In this document: in pieces, positions 38,307 through 48,495 of the stretch
Numbering within the stretch: position 1 is the stretch's first letter
Layout of the letters: the number at the start of each line of letters is the position of its first letter
Origin: Flavobacteriales bacterium
GTDB taxonomy: Bacteria > Bacteroidota > Bacteroidia > CAIKAF01
Direction of reading: 5' to 3'
Length of the DNA: 64,000 nucleotides
NCBI GenBank assembly: GCA_025055635.1
Contig: JANWWQ010000006.1
Coordinates: 1,116 to 65,115 of the forward strand
Program-made: the position numbers and the translations under genes
The notes under the pieces: model-generated
Database searches by the model: none
The model's input: only the letters and a program-made list of their open reading frames with translations
Told to the model about the DNA's origin: nothing

Positions 38307-40217
38307 ATGTATCCCGAAATCACAACCCCCGCAGATTACTTGGATCACTATAAAAAAAGTGTGGAAGACCCAGGGGCCTATTTTGCGGAGGTGGCCCGGA
38401 GCTACATCTGGATAAAGCCCTGGCATCGTACGCTGGAATACGACCTCCCCCAAGGGTTTATTCGCTGGTTTGACGGCGGACAATTAAATATCACACAAAA
38501 CTGCCTGGACCGCCATGCCCTCAGCCATCCTGACCAGCCAGCCCTAATCTGGGAGCCCAACGATCCCTCAGAATCCAGCCGACAGCTTACATACAGGGAG
38601 CTGTTAGAGGCCGTAGGCCGCCTGGCTAATGGCTTGAGGCAGCTGGGAGTACGGAAAGGTGACCGCGTCTGTCTTTATTTGCCGATGATACCCGAGGCTG
38701 CCATAGCTATGTTGGCCTGTGCCCGATTGGGGGCTATTCACTCGGTGGTGTTTGCAGGCTTTTCTCCCGAATCGTTAGCCGATCGCATAAATGATGCCGG
38801 ATGCACGGTCCTCATCACTGCTGACGGCTTTTCGCGGGGCGATAAATTCATTCCCTTAAAAGAATTGGCCAACCAGGCCCTAGCTGTTTGCCCCCAAGTG
38901 CGCCATGTGGTGGTAGTGCCCCGGACCGGCCCATACAAACCGAAAAATGCACGCGAAATCCTTTGGAATGATCTGTTGGCCGGGCAACCTACCCAGTGCG
39001 AACCAGAGCCCATGGAAGCGGAGGATCCGTTTTTCATCCTTTACACTTCAGGGAGCACGGGCAAGCCTAAAGGGGTGCTCCATACCTGTGGGGGGTACAT
39101 GGTTTGGGCTGGTTATACCCTACGAAATGTATTCCAAACAAGACCAGGAGAAATATTTTTCTGCACGGCCGATGTTGGATGGATTACTGGCCACACGTAC
39201 GGCCTATACGGACCTCTCTTGAACCGTCTCACCACAATATTTTTTGAAGGGGTGCCTACATGGCCCCATAGCGGTCGTTTATGGGAGATTGTGGAAAAAC
39301 ATCAAGCCAACGTGTTGTACACGGCCCCTACGGCCATTAGAGCCCTGGAAATGCTCGGCGGCGATATTCCCGATCAATATCCTATGACGTCCCTGAGAGT
39401 TCTGGGATCCGTGGGCGAACCTATCAATACCGAAGCCTGGCACTGGTATTATACACATGTGGGGAAAGGCCGTTGTCCCATTGTAGACACCTGGTGGCAA
39501 ACAGAAACAGGGGGTATTCTCATCTCCACCCTTGCGGGGGTCACGCCTTCTGTTCCGGCCTGGGCTACTCTGCCTCTGCCCGGCGTCCAGCCCGTGTTGC
39601 TTGACGATAAGGGCCACGAAATCCCTTTGGATGCACCCTCCAGCCAAGGATATCTATGCATTAAATCCCCTTGGCCCGGTATGATGCGTTCCGTTTTTGG
39701 CCATCATCAACGTTTTGTAGAAACCTACCTCAGGCGTTTCCCAGGTTATTACTTTACAGGGGATGGCGCTATAAGGGATAGTCGGGGTAATTTTCGCATA
39801 ATTGGGCGTGTAGATGATGTCGTCAATGTTTCAGGACACCGAATTGGGACTGGTGAGCTGGAGGATGCAATAAATCAACATCCCACTGTGGTGGAATCGG
39901 CCGTTGTGGGTGTGCCCCATCCCATAAAAGGCGAGGCCCTGGCCGCCTTCGCTATTTGTTCAGAACCTCCCCTGGATTCTTCGGCTCTGCGTAGCGAACT
40001 GCGCGATTTAGTCATTCAGAAAATCGGCCGTTTTGCGGTACCCGATTTCATTTACTTTGTCCCTGGATTGCCCAAAACACGTAGCGGAAAAATCATGCGG
40101 AGGCTTCTGCGAAAAATACTTGCCGGCGACAGCGATTTGGGTGACACCACTTCCCTCTTAGACCCCACTGTATTAGATGCCATCCGAAAAATAGTAGAAC
40201 AGGATTGTAAAAACTGA
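38307..40217 (+). CDS. acs: Acetyl-CoA synthetase (AMP-forming).
   Basis: YTSGSTGKPKGV (AMP-binding), TWWQTETGG, YFTGDGA and PKTRSGKIMRR motifs. Start set at the second ATG (MYPEITTPADY…). An upstream ATG at 38259 with an AAGGAG-like box is an alternative. Confidence 0.85.
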   Translation: MYPEITTPADYLDHYKKSVEDPGAYFAEVARSYIWIKPWHRTLEYDLPQGFIRWFDGGQLNITQNCLDRHALSHPDQPALIWEPNDPSESSRQLTYRELLEAVGRLANGLRQLGVRKGDRVCLYLPMIPEAAIAMLACARLGAIHSVVFAGFSPESLADRINDAGCTVLITADGFSRGDKFIPLKELANQALAVCPQVRHVVVVPRTGPYKPKNAREILWNDLLAGQPTQCEPEPMEAEDPFFILYTSGSTGKPKGVLHTCGGYMVWAGYTLRNVFQTRPGEIFFCTADVGWITGHTYGLYGPLLNRLTTIFFEGVPTWPHSGRLWEIVEKHQANVLYTAPTAIRALEMLGGDIPDQYPMTSLRVLGSVGEPINTEAWHWYYTHVGKGRCPIVDTWWQTETGGILISTLAGVTPSVPAWATLPLPGVQPVLLDDKGHEIPLDAPSSQGYLCIKSPWPGMMRSVFGHHQRFVETYLRRFPGYYFTGDGAIRDSRGNFRIIGRVDDVVNVSGHRIGTGELEDAINQHPTVVESAVVGVPHPIKGEALAAFAICSEPPLDSSALRSELRDLVIQKIGRFAVPDFIYFVPGLPKTRSGKIMRRLLRKILAGDSDLGDTTSLLDPTVLDAIRKIVEQDCKN

Positions 40218-40878
40218 GGGAAAAACTTTAATGAATATTTGCTAGGATCAATTCAACTATTTATAACTTTTCTATATTAATATTTTTTAGGTAACTACCT
40301 CAATACATTTCAATGACAATTATAGAAAGTCTATTAATAATTGTTCGCATGGGTCAATTATCCCTGATGTTAAATAATGGCCCCTAAATTAAGTAAGGAT
40401 TACGTACCATCCTAAGGTAGCCTTCAAAAGGTTTCTTAGAATAAATCACTTGGCACAAGGCAGTAAGATATTTTAAAGAAAAGGGGGTCAACTGTTTCCC
40501 AGTTTTGATTCCAAATTTGGAAGGCTATTTTTCCAGTATTCTTCGCTCTACTCTTTTTTGGATAATGCTAGATGGTGGTATAGCTCGTTTGCATAGAAGA
40601 CTCCGTAAGTTTTATCTAAAAATTTCCCTATCAATTTAATGTCTCTGCCACTAATGTATTTTATTTAATTGCCTGTACGATGAACCTTACACATTTGTCT
40701 ATTGGTTTTACGAATTAGACTTGAATGGCCCCTATAATGCTATTTCGGATAACATAAAAAAGCCGGAAATTTCTTTTTTACCTTTCTACATTCCATGGAA
40801 CACCTGATCACCAAAGGTTAAATTTACCCCTTTGCCAGAATAAATACTTAGTTACTATAATATAAAAACTGCCCTTTG

Positions 40879-42072
40879 TTATTCAAAATCAGGATAAAGG
40901 AGATACTTCTTTCTTATACTTTTAAATTTTATCAAATCCTCCTGCCAAGATCTTCGGATCTCGGCTTCCGGTACAGCGGCTTGTATTTGTTCACGAAGCT
41001 TGGGCGTACCTGCAAGCTTGTCAAAGTAAGGTGTAAAAAAATCTCCTCCGATTTTCCGGTAGGCCTCTATGATCCAGAACAATTCTATACGGCCTTGCTC
41101 CTTGAGAAAATGTAAGGCATAAGCACTCAGGTCATAGCCTCGGCATTCCTGGCCACTGTATTTGGGCTGATCGCTCATACCAGCTATGGGGCGGGGGATG
41201 AACTTAACCGGAGCCTCAGCCCAACGGGGATGGCCCACAACAGTGAAGGGCCGTTCCGTACCACGACCCACACTCATCACGGTTCCTTCAAATAGCCCCA
41301 AGGTGGGATATAAATATACGGACTCCTCCGTATTGAGGTTGGGAGAAGGGGGGATGGGCAATCTGTATCGGCTTTTGTGCGTGTATTGTAAACAGGGAAT
41401 TACGGTGAGGTCGCATACAAGGCCGTCACGCAGCCACTTTTCGCCGTTTATCATGAGGGCATATTCGCCGACGGTCATTCCATGAACGATAGGAACAGGA
41501 TGCATCCCCACAAAGCTGGAACAAGCGCTTTCCAGAACAGGACCGTCCACGTAGTAGCCATTGGGATTGGGCCGATCCAGCACAAGGAATTTTTTACCCT
41601 GTTCCGCGGCGGCTTCCATACATAGTGACATTGTGGATATGTAGGTGTAAAAACGCGCACCTACATCCTGAATATCAAACACAAGTACATCTACGTCTTC
41701 TAGGTCCTTCACAGTAGGCTTTTTCTTTACTCCATAGAGAGAGACCACTGTAATACCTGTTGCGGGATCCTTATAGCTGGCTACAGGCGCTCCAGCGGGC
41801 TGGTCGCCCCGGTAGCCATGTTCAGGACCAAAGATTTTGGTAATTTTCACTCCAAGACTTCGGAGCGTGTCCACCAGATGGCGATTCCCACAGCGGGATG
41901 TGGGGTTCACAATGAGTCCCACACGACGGCCCTGCAGAAAAGAAAGATATTGGTCCAAGCGCTCAGCTCCGCAGACTATAGAGCTCTCGTCTACGACAGA
42001 AATGTTGTGGGCTGATGCGATTGGCCAGAAAGCCAATATTGCCACCTTAATCCCTGCTCCAAAGATTTTCAT
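40879..42072 (-). CDS. namZ: DUF1343-family exo-beta-N-acetylmuramidase (NamZ-like).
   Basis: 397 aa with a signal peptide and RVGLIVNPTS…DIQDVGARFYTYISTM, characteristic of DUF1343/NamZ. Confidence 0.65.
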   Translation of the reverse strand: MKIFGAGIKVAILAFWPIASAHNISVVDESSIVCGAERLDQYLSFLQGRRVGLIVNPTSRCGNRHLVDTLRSLGVKITKIFGPEHGYRGDQPAGAPVASYKDPATGITVVSLYGVKKKPTVKDLEDVDVLVFDIQDVGARFYTYISTMSLCMEAAAEQGKKFLVLDRPNPNGYYVDGPVLESACSSFVGMHPVPIVHGMTVGEYALMINGEKWLRDGLVCDLTVIPCLQYTHKSRYRLPIPPSPNLNTEESVYLYPTLGLFEGTVMSVGRGTERPFTVVGHPRWAEAPVKFIPRPIAGMSDQPKYSGQECRGYDLSAYALHFLKEQGRIELFWIIEAYRKIGGDFFTPYFDKLAGTPKLREQIQAAVPEAEIRRSWQEDLIKFKSIRKKYLLYPDFE

Positions 42073-42103
42073 AAAGGAACAAATTTCCTAAATTCTTTCA
42101 CCT

Positions 42104-43315
42104 TTGCACAGCTGGAAGCCTATGATTGTATGGCTTGCAAAGGCCTGGAATCGGTCTGGACCGGGCGCCCTCTCGCTCTCTACCGTGCGCATTGCGGCCA
42201 TCTCGCTTTTCCTTGGCACGCTTGTGATGGTACTGTCTCTGGCTACGGTGCACGGGTTTCGCAAGGCCATACGCATGCGGGCGGCAGCTTTTGTGGGGCA
42301 CCTGGTGGTGCAATCCTATGGTGCTTCGGATACCCGCCTGCCCTTTCTAGAGGAGGATCCTCAATTAGTCGGCCACCTGCGGTTATTACCCGATATAGTG
42401 GCCGTCAATCCGGTGCTTACCAGACCAGCTATTGTTAAAACCGGGGATGACATCACCGGAGTGATGGTGAAGGGGGTGGCTTCGGATTTTAATGGGCTGG
42501 GTATTTTTCGCGTGCCTCCGCCGGGCTGGCTGTACATTTCTCGATTGCTAGCCCAACGTTTGGGTCTGGACAGCAGCGCCACAGCCAAGGTGTATTTCCT
42601 AACGCCCGACACGCTGGGCGGCTTAACCCTGCGTCTGCCCAGAACTTATCAGGTGGCGGTGGGATACCATACCGGCCTACAAGAATTGGATGAAGCCTTG
42701 GCCCTCGCCTCCCTTGAGGATCTCAGGGAAGTGTTCTGCCCCCCTGGAGTACCATGTGTCACATCCTATGAATGCCATTTTAACCATCCGCCAGACCCTG
42801 AAGTGGCTGAGAGAATATCCCTTTTGCTTCCCCCGGACGTTTCCCTGCTGACCACCCGCGATATTCTTCCCCAACTTCACGAATGGCTGGATTATTTGGA
42901 TGTGAACATCTTCATTATCTCGGCTCTGCTACTTGCCGTAGGATTGCTGAGCACAGCCGCCGCATTTCTAACACTTGTTTTGGAAAGGGGCCGGGCTGTG
43001 GCCCTGCTGAGGGCTCTGGGTATGGCTCCACGGCTTATTTTGGCAACGTTTGCGTGGCGTTTTGCGGGAATTGTCCTAATCAGCGTGGTTTTGGGCGATC
43101 TGGTAGCTCTGGGGCTGATTACCGTGCAAACACAATTCTCTCTGGTGCCCCTAGACCCTGAGACGTATTACTTGGATACAGTCCCTATGGCTTGGGATGG
43201 GTTACGCACCTTGCTCATTAACGGCTTATCCATAGTATTAGCCGGGGTGGCCATGCTGATACCAGCTATCTACATCTGGCGTATGCGCATCAGCCAGGCC
43301 CTGCGCATGGAATAA
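42104..43315 (+). CDS. FtsX-like ABC transporter permease (LolC/E or MacB family) with no adjacent ATPase.
   Basis: 403 aa with an N-terminal TM, a ~220 aa periplasmic MacB-PCD-like domain, and a C-terminal FtsX 3-TM bundle (FIISALLLAVGLLSTAAAF…). Confidence 0.7.
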   Translation: MHSWKPMIVWLAKAWNRSGPGALSLSTVRIAAISLFLGTLVMVLSLATVHGFRKAIRMRAAAFVGHLVVQSYGASDTRLPFLEEDPQLVGHLRLLPDIVAVNPVLTRPAIVKTGDDITGVMVKGVASDFNGLGIFRVPPPGWLYISRLLAQRLGLDSSATAKVYFLTPDTLGGLTLRLPRTYQVAVGYHTGLQELDEALALASLEDLREVFCPPGVPCVTSYECHFNHPPDPEVAERISLLLPPDVSLLTTRDILPQLHEWLDYLDVNIFIISALLLAVGLLSTAAAFLTLVLERGRAVALLRALGMAPRLILATFAWRFAGIVLISVVLGDLVALGLITVQTQFSLVPLDPETYYLDTVPMAWDGLRTLLINGLSIVLAGVAMLIPAIYIWRMRISQALRME

Positions 43316-43511
43316 TTGTAAGACCATTCCAAACAGAATTAATTATTCTAAAATTATGAAAAATTTGAGGTAAATAATCAGGAAGATTGAAAATTTATTA
43401 GTTTTTTTTCCAATATGAATTCCAACTAATTAATCAGAAATATTAAAACCTTTTTCATTAATGAATTAAACACACTTACAAGTAAAGTAAAATTTAGAAC
43501 AAAATAGGCTT

Positions 43512-44813
43512 TTAACGCAACAAAGCCAGCTTATGTAAAGCGATGCGACCTTCTTGTTCAACCCGAACAACATAAAGGCCTTCGGAAAAATCTTGGAGGG
43601 ATAAGGTTATCGGAAAGGATAAAACTTTGTTAGTTGATATGAAACGACCCTGCAAATCCATTAATTGAACGAGCCCCTCCGATTCCATACCAGTCTCAAT
43701 AGTTATTAAATCCCGCGTGGGATTGGGAAATATCTGAACTGCCAAGGGAGCTGTGGATTCAGGGAAGGAAGCATTGCAAGGTGAAAAAGCCTTACCTGGA
43801 GATCCGTAGAGGCAGCCGATAAACCAGGAATTCGGAGAGCATACATCCTGGCTGGGGTTGAATAATGTGTCCAGCTCCAATGTGTAACCCCCTCCATCCG
43901 CCTCCAACGGCCAAGGTAACTTATCAGCATAGCAGACGGTGAACTTCAGACGATCCTGGCTATCATAAATCCTGATGCAATCGCCGGAGTTGCTAAGGCC
44001 GAAAGAAAAGGGCCCCACTTTGTTCGTTACATGAGGAAACATAGCTGAAAAAGCTGCCGCATCCCGATACACCACCAAGCGAGCTTTAGGATTCAAATAA
44101 GTGTTGGGAGGCAATTGAAACACATTCCCATTGTTATCGTCCCGAACATACCAGTTGCTGATGTTGACGGGGGAATTAGAAGTATTCCATAATTCAAACC
44201 AATCGGCCGGGTTATTCACTGAGTCGGAATTATAGTTGATTTCTGAAACCACTACCACCTCGCTGGTACAGGGTGTAAAGGGGGCATTGGGTGATCCCAG
44301 GACACAACCACAGCGCCAGTTGGCGGGATCATTGGGGTTTCCTTGCGGATCAATGATTTCCAAGGTACGGCCCATACCGTCAGCACATTTGCTCCAGGGC
44401 AAACTATCGTCGTAGGTAAGCTGCACTTTCACGATACCATTTTGATCCATTAGGGTGATCTGTTCCCCCGAACCAGCCAATCCAAAGCTGAGAGGTCCAA
44501 GACGGGGAATGCCCGGAAAACGTTGGTCAAACTTGATGAGATTTTCGGCCAATACGAGCCTTCCATTGGGAGGAATCACAGTGCCCGTAGGTATCGTGAA
44601 GGCGTTGGCCGGCTGGCTGTCCATGATTTTCCAGAGGGATAAATCCACTGAGGATGTGGAATAATTAAACAATTCAATCCAATCGCCGGAACTATTGAGC
44701 GAATCACTATTGTAATTAATTTCACTGATGGCAATTTGGGCTTGAACCACAGCGATGGACCCTGGAAAAATGGAAGAGGCCCCAAGGAGCAGTCCTAGGA
44801 GAGTAATTTTCAT
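43512..44813 (-). CDS. Secreted protein with two lamin-tail-domain (LTD) repeats and a C-terminal T9SS sorting domain.
   Basis: Signal peptide. ISEINYNSDSLNSSGDWIELFN and VVVSEINYNSDSVNNPADWFELWN repeats. C-terminal …VQIFPNPTRDLITIE…GLYVVRVEQEGRIALHKLALLR resembles the T9SS type-A CTD. Confidence 0.65.
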   Translation of the reverse strand: MKITLLGLLLGASSIFPGSIAVVQAQIAISEINYNSDSLNSSGDWIELFNYSTSSVDLSLWKIMDSQPANAFTIPTGTVIPPNGRLVLAENLIKFDQRFPGIPRLGPLSFGLAGSGEQITLMDQNGIVKVQLTYDDSLPWSKCADGMGRTLEIIDPQGNPNDPANWRCGCVLGSPNAPFTPCTSEVVVVSEINYNSDSVNNPADWFELWNTSNSPVNISNWYVRDDNNGNVFQLPPNTYLNPKARLVVYRDAAAFSAMFPHVTNKVGPFSFGLSNSGDCIRIYDSQDRLKFTVCYADKLPWPLEADGGGYTLELDTLFNPSQDVCSPNSWFIGCLYGSPGKAFSPCNASFPESTAPLAVQIFPNPTRDLITIETGMESEGLVQLMDLQGRFISTNKVLSFPITLSLQDFSEGLYVVRVEQEGRIALHKLALLR

Positions 44814-44951
44814 TACAGAAGGTTTAAGTTTTTACAAAGGTAAGAGCCCTTCCTTTAAGGCAAAGTTAAGTTTTTTCAGTACCAACACTTTGGAAAGTAT
44901 TTAACACGTAAGGGAACATCAAGCACATTCCCCAAACACTACTTTTGAGCT

Positions 44952-45770
44952 ATGTGGCGGCGCCTATACTACTTGCTTCCAGCATCTTTGCGATTTGCCG
45001 CCCGGTGGTTGTTTTATCTACCCTACGACCTGGTAAATCCTCCGCCTCCCTTGGTTCCCCCCCGACGATTAATATTCACGGGCCGAGGTCCTTTCGTGCG
45101 CCAAGGTGATGAGTGGCTGGCATTCTTTCGGGCAGAAGGCCTCCAACCCCATCAAAATTTTCTGGATATAGGTTCAGGAATAGGCCGTATAGCTCGTCCG
45201 CTTACGGGTTACCTGGTGGGCTCATACGAAGGTTTTGACGTCGTAAGGACCGGAGTGCGCTGGTGCCAAAAGAATATAACTTCCCTTTATCCCCACTTCC
45301 GCTTCACTTGCGTACCACTCTATAACGACCTTTACACGAGCCACGGAGACCGGGCCGACAAGTTTAAGTTTCCCTACGAGAACAATCGTTTTCATTTTGC
45401 TTGCGCAATTTCTGTATTTACCCATCTATTGCCAGATGAAACATGGAATTACCTGCTGGAATCAGCCCGGGTTTTAAGACCCGGGGGACGCTTGGTGGCC
45501 ACATTTTTTGTGTTCCGAAGCGACGAAGAGCTATCCCGTTCAGGAGTCTTCCAATTTCCCTTTGTTCACGGCCATTACGCTTTAATGAGTCGCCGGGTAA
45601 AACGGGCCAACGTGGCTTACCGCTTTGATTTCTTAGAAAAGGTCAGTGAAGACTGCGGTTTCAGAATTCTAAAAACCATTGAAGGTGCCTGGAAAGGTCA
45701 ACAGATGCACCATCCCGTTGCTTTCCAGGATGTGTGGGTACTGGAGCGTCAATCTGCGGTTAAACATTAG
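44952..45770 (+). CDS. Class I SAM-dependent methyltransferase.
   Basis: FLDIGSGIGRIARPL (motif I), a GFDVV acidic loop, and LRPGGRLVATF (motif III). Confidence 0.6.
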   Translation: MWRRLYYLLPASLRFAARWLFYLPYDLVNPPPPLVPPRRLIFTGRGPFVRQGDEWLAFFRAEGLQPHQNFLDIGSGIGRIARPLTGYLVGSYEGFDVVRTGVRWCQKNITSLYPHFRFTCVPLYNDLYTSHGDRADKFKFPYENNRFHFACAISVFTHLLPDETWNYLLESARVLRPGGRLVATFFVFRSDEELSRSGVFQFPFVHGHYALMSRRVKRANVAYRFDFLEKVSEDCGFRILKTIEGAWKGQQMHHPVAFQDVWVLERQSAVKH

Positions 45771-45799
45771 AAGGGTGAGGCCGGTTGTACCTTTGCTTT

Positions 45800-46384
45800 A
45801 TGATGTTCCGTTTGCGGCTGCGCACCGATCCGCAATGGGCCTCACTGGCTACGGCTCACCCGGAGGAAATCCTTAGTGATCATGCATGGTGTGAACAAAA
45901 AGCTGCTTCCACGGCCATTTCTCTAATTAACCAATATTCGGAATTTCCAACCCTCGTTGAAGCCATGACAGACTTGGTTCGTGAGGAGTGGGAACATTTT
46001 TCCCGCGTATTAGAAATCCTCAAGCGCCGGGGGCTCCGACTGCGTCCACAAAGACGGGACAACTATGTGAATGAACTAATGGCCTGGCGCACCACGTCAC
46101 ACCACAAACTGGATCGTCTGCGCGACCATCTGCTGGTAGCGGCTATGGTGGAAGCCCGAAGCTGTGACCGCTTTAGGGTGCTTTCAGAGAATATTTCTGA
46201 CCCGGAACTGCGGGCGTTTTATAGGGATTTAATGGAAAGCGAAGCCACTCACTATACAGTATTTATAACCCTGGCCCGGGAACTCACGGGACGGGCCCTC
46301 ACCGATGCGCGCTGGACAAACCTTTTGGATTATGAAGATGCAATCATCAGAAAGTACTGTCAGGGGACAGCCATCCACGGATGA
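45800..46384 (+). CDS. miaE: tRNA-(ms2io6A37) hydroxylase MiaE (ferritin-like diiron).
   Basis: DHAWCEQKAAST and EEWEHF…E…H carboxylate/His diiron ligand pairs. First ATG at 45800 (the track began at a TTG at 45785). Confidence 0.7.
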   Translation: MMFRLRLRTDPQWASLATAHPEEILSDHAWCEQKAASTAISLINQYSEFPTLVEAMTDLVREEWEHFSRVLEILKRRGLRLRPQRRDNYVNELMAWRTTSHHKLDRLRDHLLVAAMVEARSCDRFRVLSENISDPELRAFYRDLMESEATHYTVFITLARELTGRALTDARWTNLLDYEDAIIRKYCQGTAIHG

Positions 46385-46559
46385 CGGCCCCAGACCTAAT
46401 TTACCCAAACCTCCCTTTTCTGCCGGCTTCTACCTGGCCCATTTCTATTTCACTTTACATATCTTGATTGGGTTAACTACGGAAGGTTTTAAGCTACTGA
46501 CTACGGGCCATTACCGTCTAGTGGGTATTGCCACCTGGCCCTGGACGATCACGGGGCGT

Positions 46560-46742
46560 ATGGAACCTTTGATAATCTCTATCGTGCTCCATGCCGCGGC
46601 TCTCCTGCACGTAGCCCTGCAAATCAGAAACCGGCTTGATACATATCCCATAAACTTGCGCACCATGGGAATCTATGTGATATTTATTTTAAGCCTTCAA
46701 ATACAAATCATTCGCTTTTTTGCCTGGTTGATTGGAATTTAA
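46560..46742 (+). CDS. Possible small hydrophobic protein (60 aa); the start is uncertain and could extend upstream into the miaE 3' end in another frame.
   Basis: Open frame 46305-46742, hydrophobic throughout. The first ATG after the miaE stop is at 46560. No motif recognised. Confidence 0.2.
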   Translation: MEPLIISIVLHAAALLHVALQIRNRLDTYPINLRTMGIYVIFILSLQIQIIRFFAWLIGI

Positions 46743-46814
46743 TGTTTTCAGGGAAAAGCTAATTAAGGATTTGATCAAAAAATAATTTCAATAAAATACC
46801 TAAGAAATGCCCTG

Positions 46815-47432
46815 TCATCTTTTTTTATAAAAATTCATTTCATCCAGGTACAGCCATGCCTCATGGGGCATGAGGTGGCGGACGCTGCGTCCCCGGATAA
46901 TCCATTGGCGTAACATACTGGAAGAAATCTCTACCACAGGGGCAGGGGCCAAGCGGAAATTACTGAACAGATGGGCATGCGAGGCGTCGTGAGGAGGCCA
47001 ACTTAAAGGGGCACCCACGCGGGGGTATACAAGTACTTCACAATGCGTGGCAATCCACTCGCACTCGCGCCATTTAGGAAAAGTGGGCACATTATCGGCC
47101 CCCATTATTAAGAAAAACTTCTCCTGAGGATACTTTTCCATTAGTAGCCGAAGGGTGTTGACGGTATAACTCGGCAGAGGAAGGTGTTTTTCCACCTCGC
47201 ATACGGACATCCGATTATCATCACCTATGGCCCTTCGGAGTAATTCCACCCGATGATGAAACGGCAGTAGGTTTTCCCTACGCTTAAAAGGATTCTGGGG
47301 CGAGACAACAAACCAGAAGCGGTCCACATAATTTTCAGCGAGGAAATAGGCCGCTATAGCCATGTGACCAATATGTACGGGGTTAAAGGAACCAAAAAAC
47401 AGGCCTGTGCGACGTTTTTTATCAACGGCCAT
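46815..47432 (-). CDS. nadD: Nicotinate-nucleotide adenylyltransferase.
   Basis: GLFFGSFNPVHIGH (HxGH), a SxxxxR region, and 205 aa length. Confidence 0.85.
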   Translation of the reverse strand: MAVDKKRRTGLFFGSFNPVHIGHMAIAAYFLAENYVDRFWFVVSPQNPFKRRENLLPFHHRVELLRRAIGDDNRMSVCEVEKHLPLPSYTVNTLRLLMEKYPQEKFFLIMGADNVPTFPKWRECEWIATHCEVLVYPRVGAPLSWPPHDASHAHLFSNFRLAPAPVVEISSSMLRQWIIRGRSVRHLMPHEAWLYLDEMNFYKKR

Positions 47433-48468
47433 AGGTGTCTACCAATTGGCGAAGGTAGGCCCTAAAAGCAGCAGGCGTTGCAAAAAGGGTATCGCGCCTG
47501 AGCTGCTCAGAATGGTATTGCCTTGCTATCACAAGGTTAGCGTTGTTGGGGGTGCGCAGAACGCGTGCTGCGGATTGGCAAGGAGGCCGCCAAGAGGTAT
47601 CTCTAGAAAAACATTCTGCCGAAAGCAGCGCAAAGAAGGCCGCTTTGGCCGAATCTTTCTGCATTGTATCCAGGGCCTGGAAAAAAGGAGAGCTGTAAAG
47701 GCTATCAAGCCTTTCAGCACAATGTAACAGATACTGGTCAACTCTTTGGGCCTCTTGAAGGGCCTTAAGATGCTGGATGTAAGGGTCACTCTCAGACCCG
47801 TATTTCTGACGCAGATATAGAAGAGCCCCTGCATTGCCCATTACGGTGGCGAGCCCTTCACTTAGTTCCGTGTTATCAGGGATATACAAAGTCGTATGGA
47901 ACATTTCATGGAACATAACGTTGGCTAAAAATCCCTCATCTTGTCGCAACAGGCCCGTGGTAAGTGGATCGGGGAAAAGGCCCAGCGTGCTCCAGGCATC
48001 CACAATACGCAGACGCACATCGTAACCGGCGGCCAGCAAACGCTCCCACTCGCGTCGGGCCATTATAGGATCCAAAAATGCTTTATAGCTGACGCATCCC
48101 GCTATCGGAAATCGCCATAAATAAGGCTTTAGCCGGTATTTTTCCGAGGCGGTCAACACATATAAGATACCCTCAGAATGTTCATAAAAACGTGTGTAGG
48201 CACGGGTATTTTTCAACCCCAGAGAATCCTGGGCATAGCGACGGATTTCCTGCGCCAGCAATAGCCGTTTTTTGAGGCTATCTGGAGTAGCCGGATCCGT
48301 CAACACACTCTCCACCGGACGGGAGCGGAACATCATAATAGCATATCCCTTCGCCAGGTGCCAGGTATAGATTATGGACTCTCCGGCCCGCCAAGCTCCG
48401 ATAAGGAAAGCTCCAACGAGAATATCTTTGGCCAGTAGTTTGAACACATTTATTTCAAGGCATCCCAT
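47422..48468 (-). CDS. Predicted zinc aminopeptidase (HExxH, PF10023-like 'putative aminopeptidase' family).
   Basis: N-terminal TM/signal, then HEMFHTTLY (HExxH) and a downstream E/D. 348 aa. Stop overlaps the nadD start by 11 nt. Confidence 0.45.
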   Translation of the reverse strand: MGCLEINVFKLLAKDILVGAFLIGAWRAGESIIYTWHLAKGYAIMMFRSRPVESVLTDPATPDSLKKRLLLAQEIRRYAQDSLGLKNTRAYTRFYEHSEGILYVLTASEKYRLKPYLWRFPIAGCVSYKAFLDPIMARREWERLLAAGYDVRLRIVDAWSTLGLFPDPLTTGLLRQDEGFLANVMFHEMFHTTLYIPDNTELSEGLATVMGNAGALLYLRQKYGSESDPYIQHLKALQEAQRVDQYLLHCAERLDSLYSSPFFQALDTMQKDSAKAAFFALLSAECFSRDTSWRPPCQSAARVLRTPNNANLVIARQYHSEQLRRDTLFATPAAFRAYLRQLVDTYGR

Positions 48469-48495
48469 GTATTACATCGTTTGGTTTTGGCGAGG

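Noticed and set aside
40876-41115. A 79-aa plus-strand ORF at the edge of the AT-rich island.
   Set aside because: It overlaps the 3' end of namZ antisense. Its composition (poly-Leu/Phe/Lys) reflects AT-rich codons and it has no motif.
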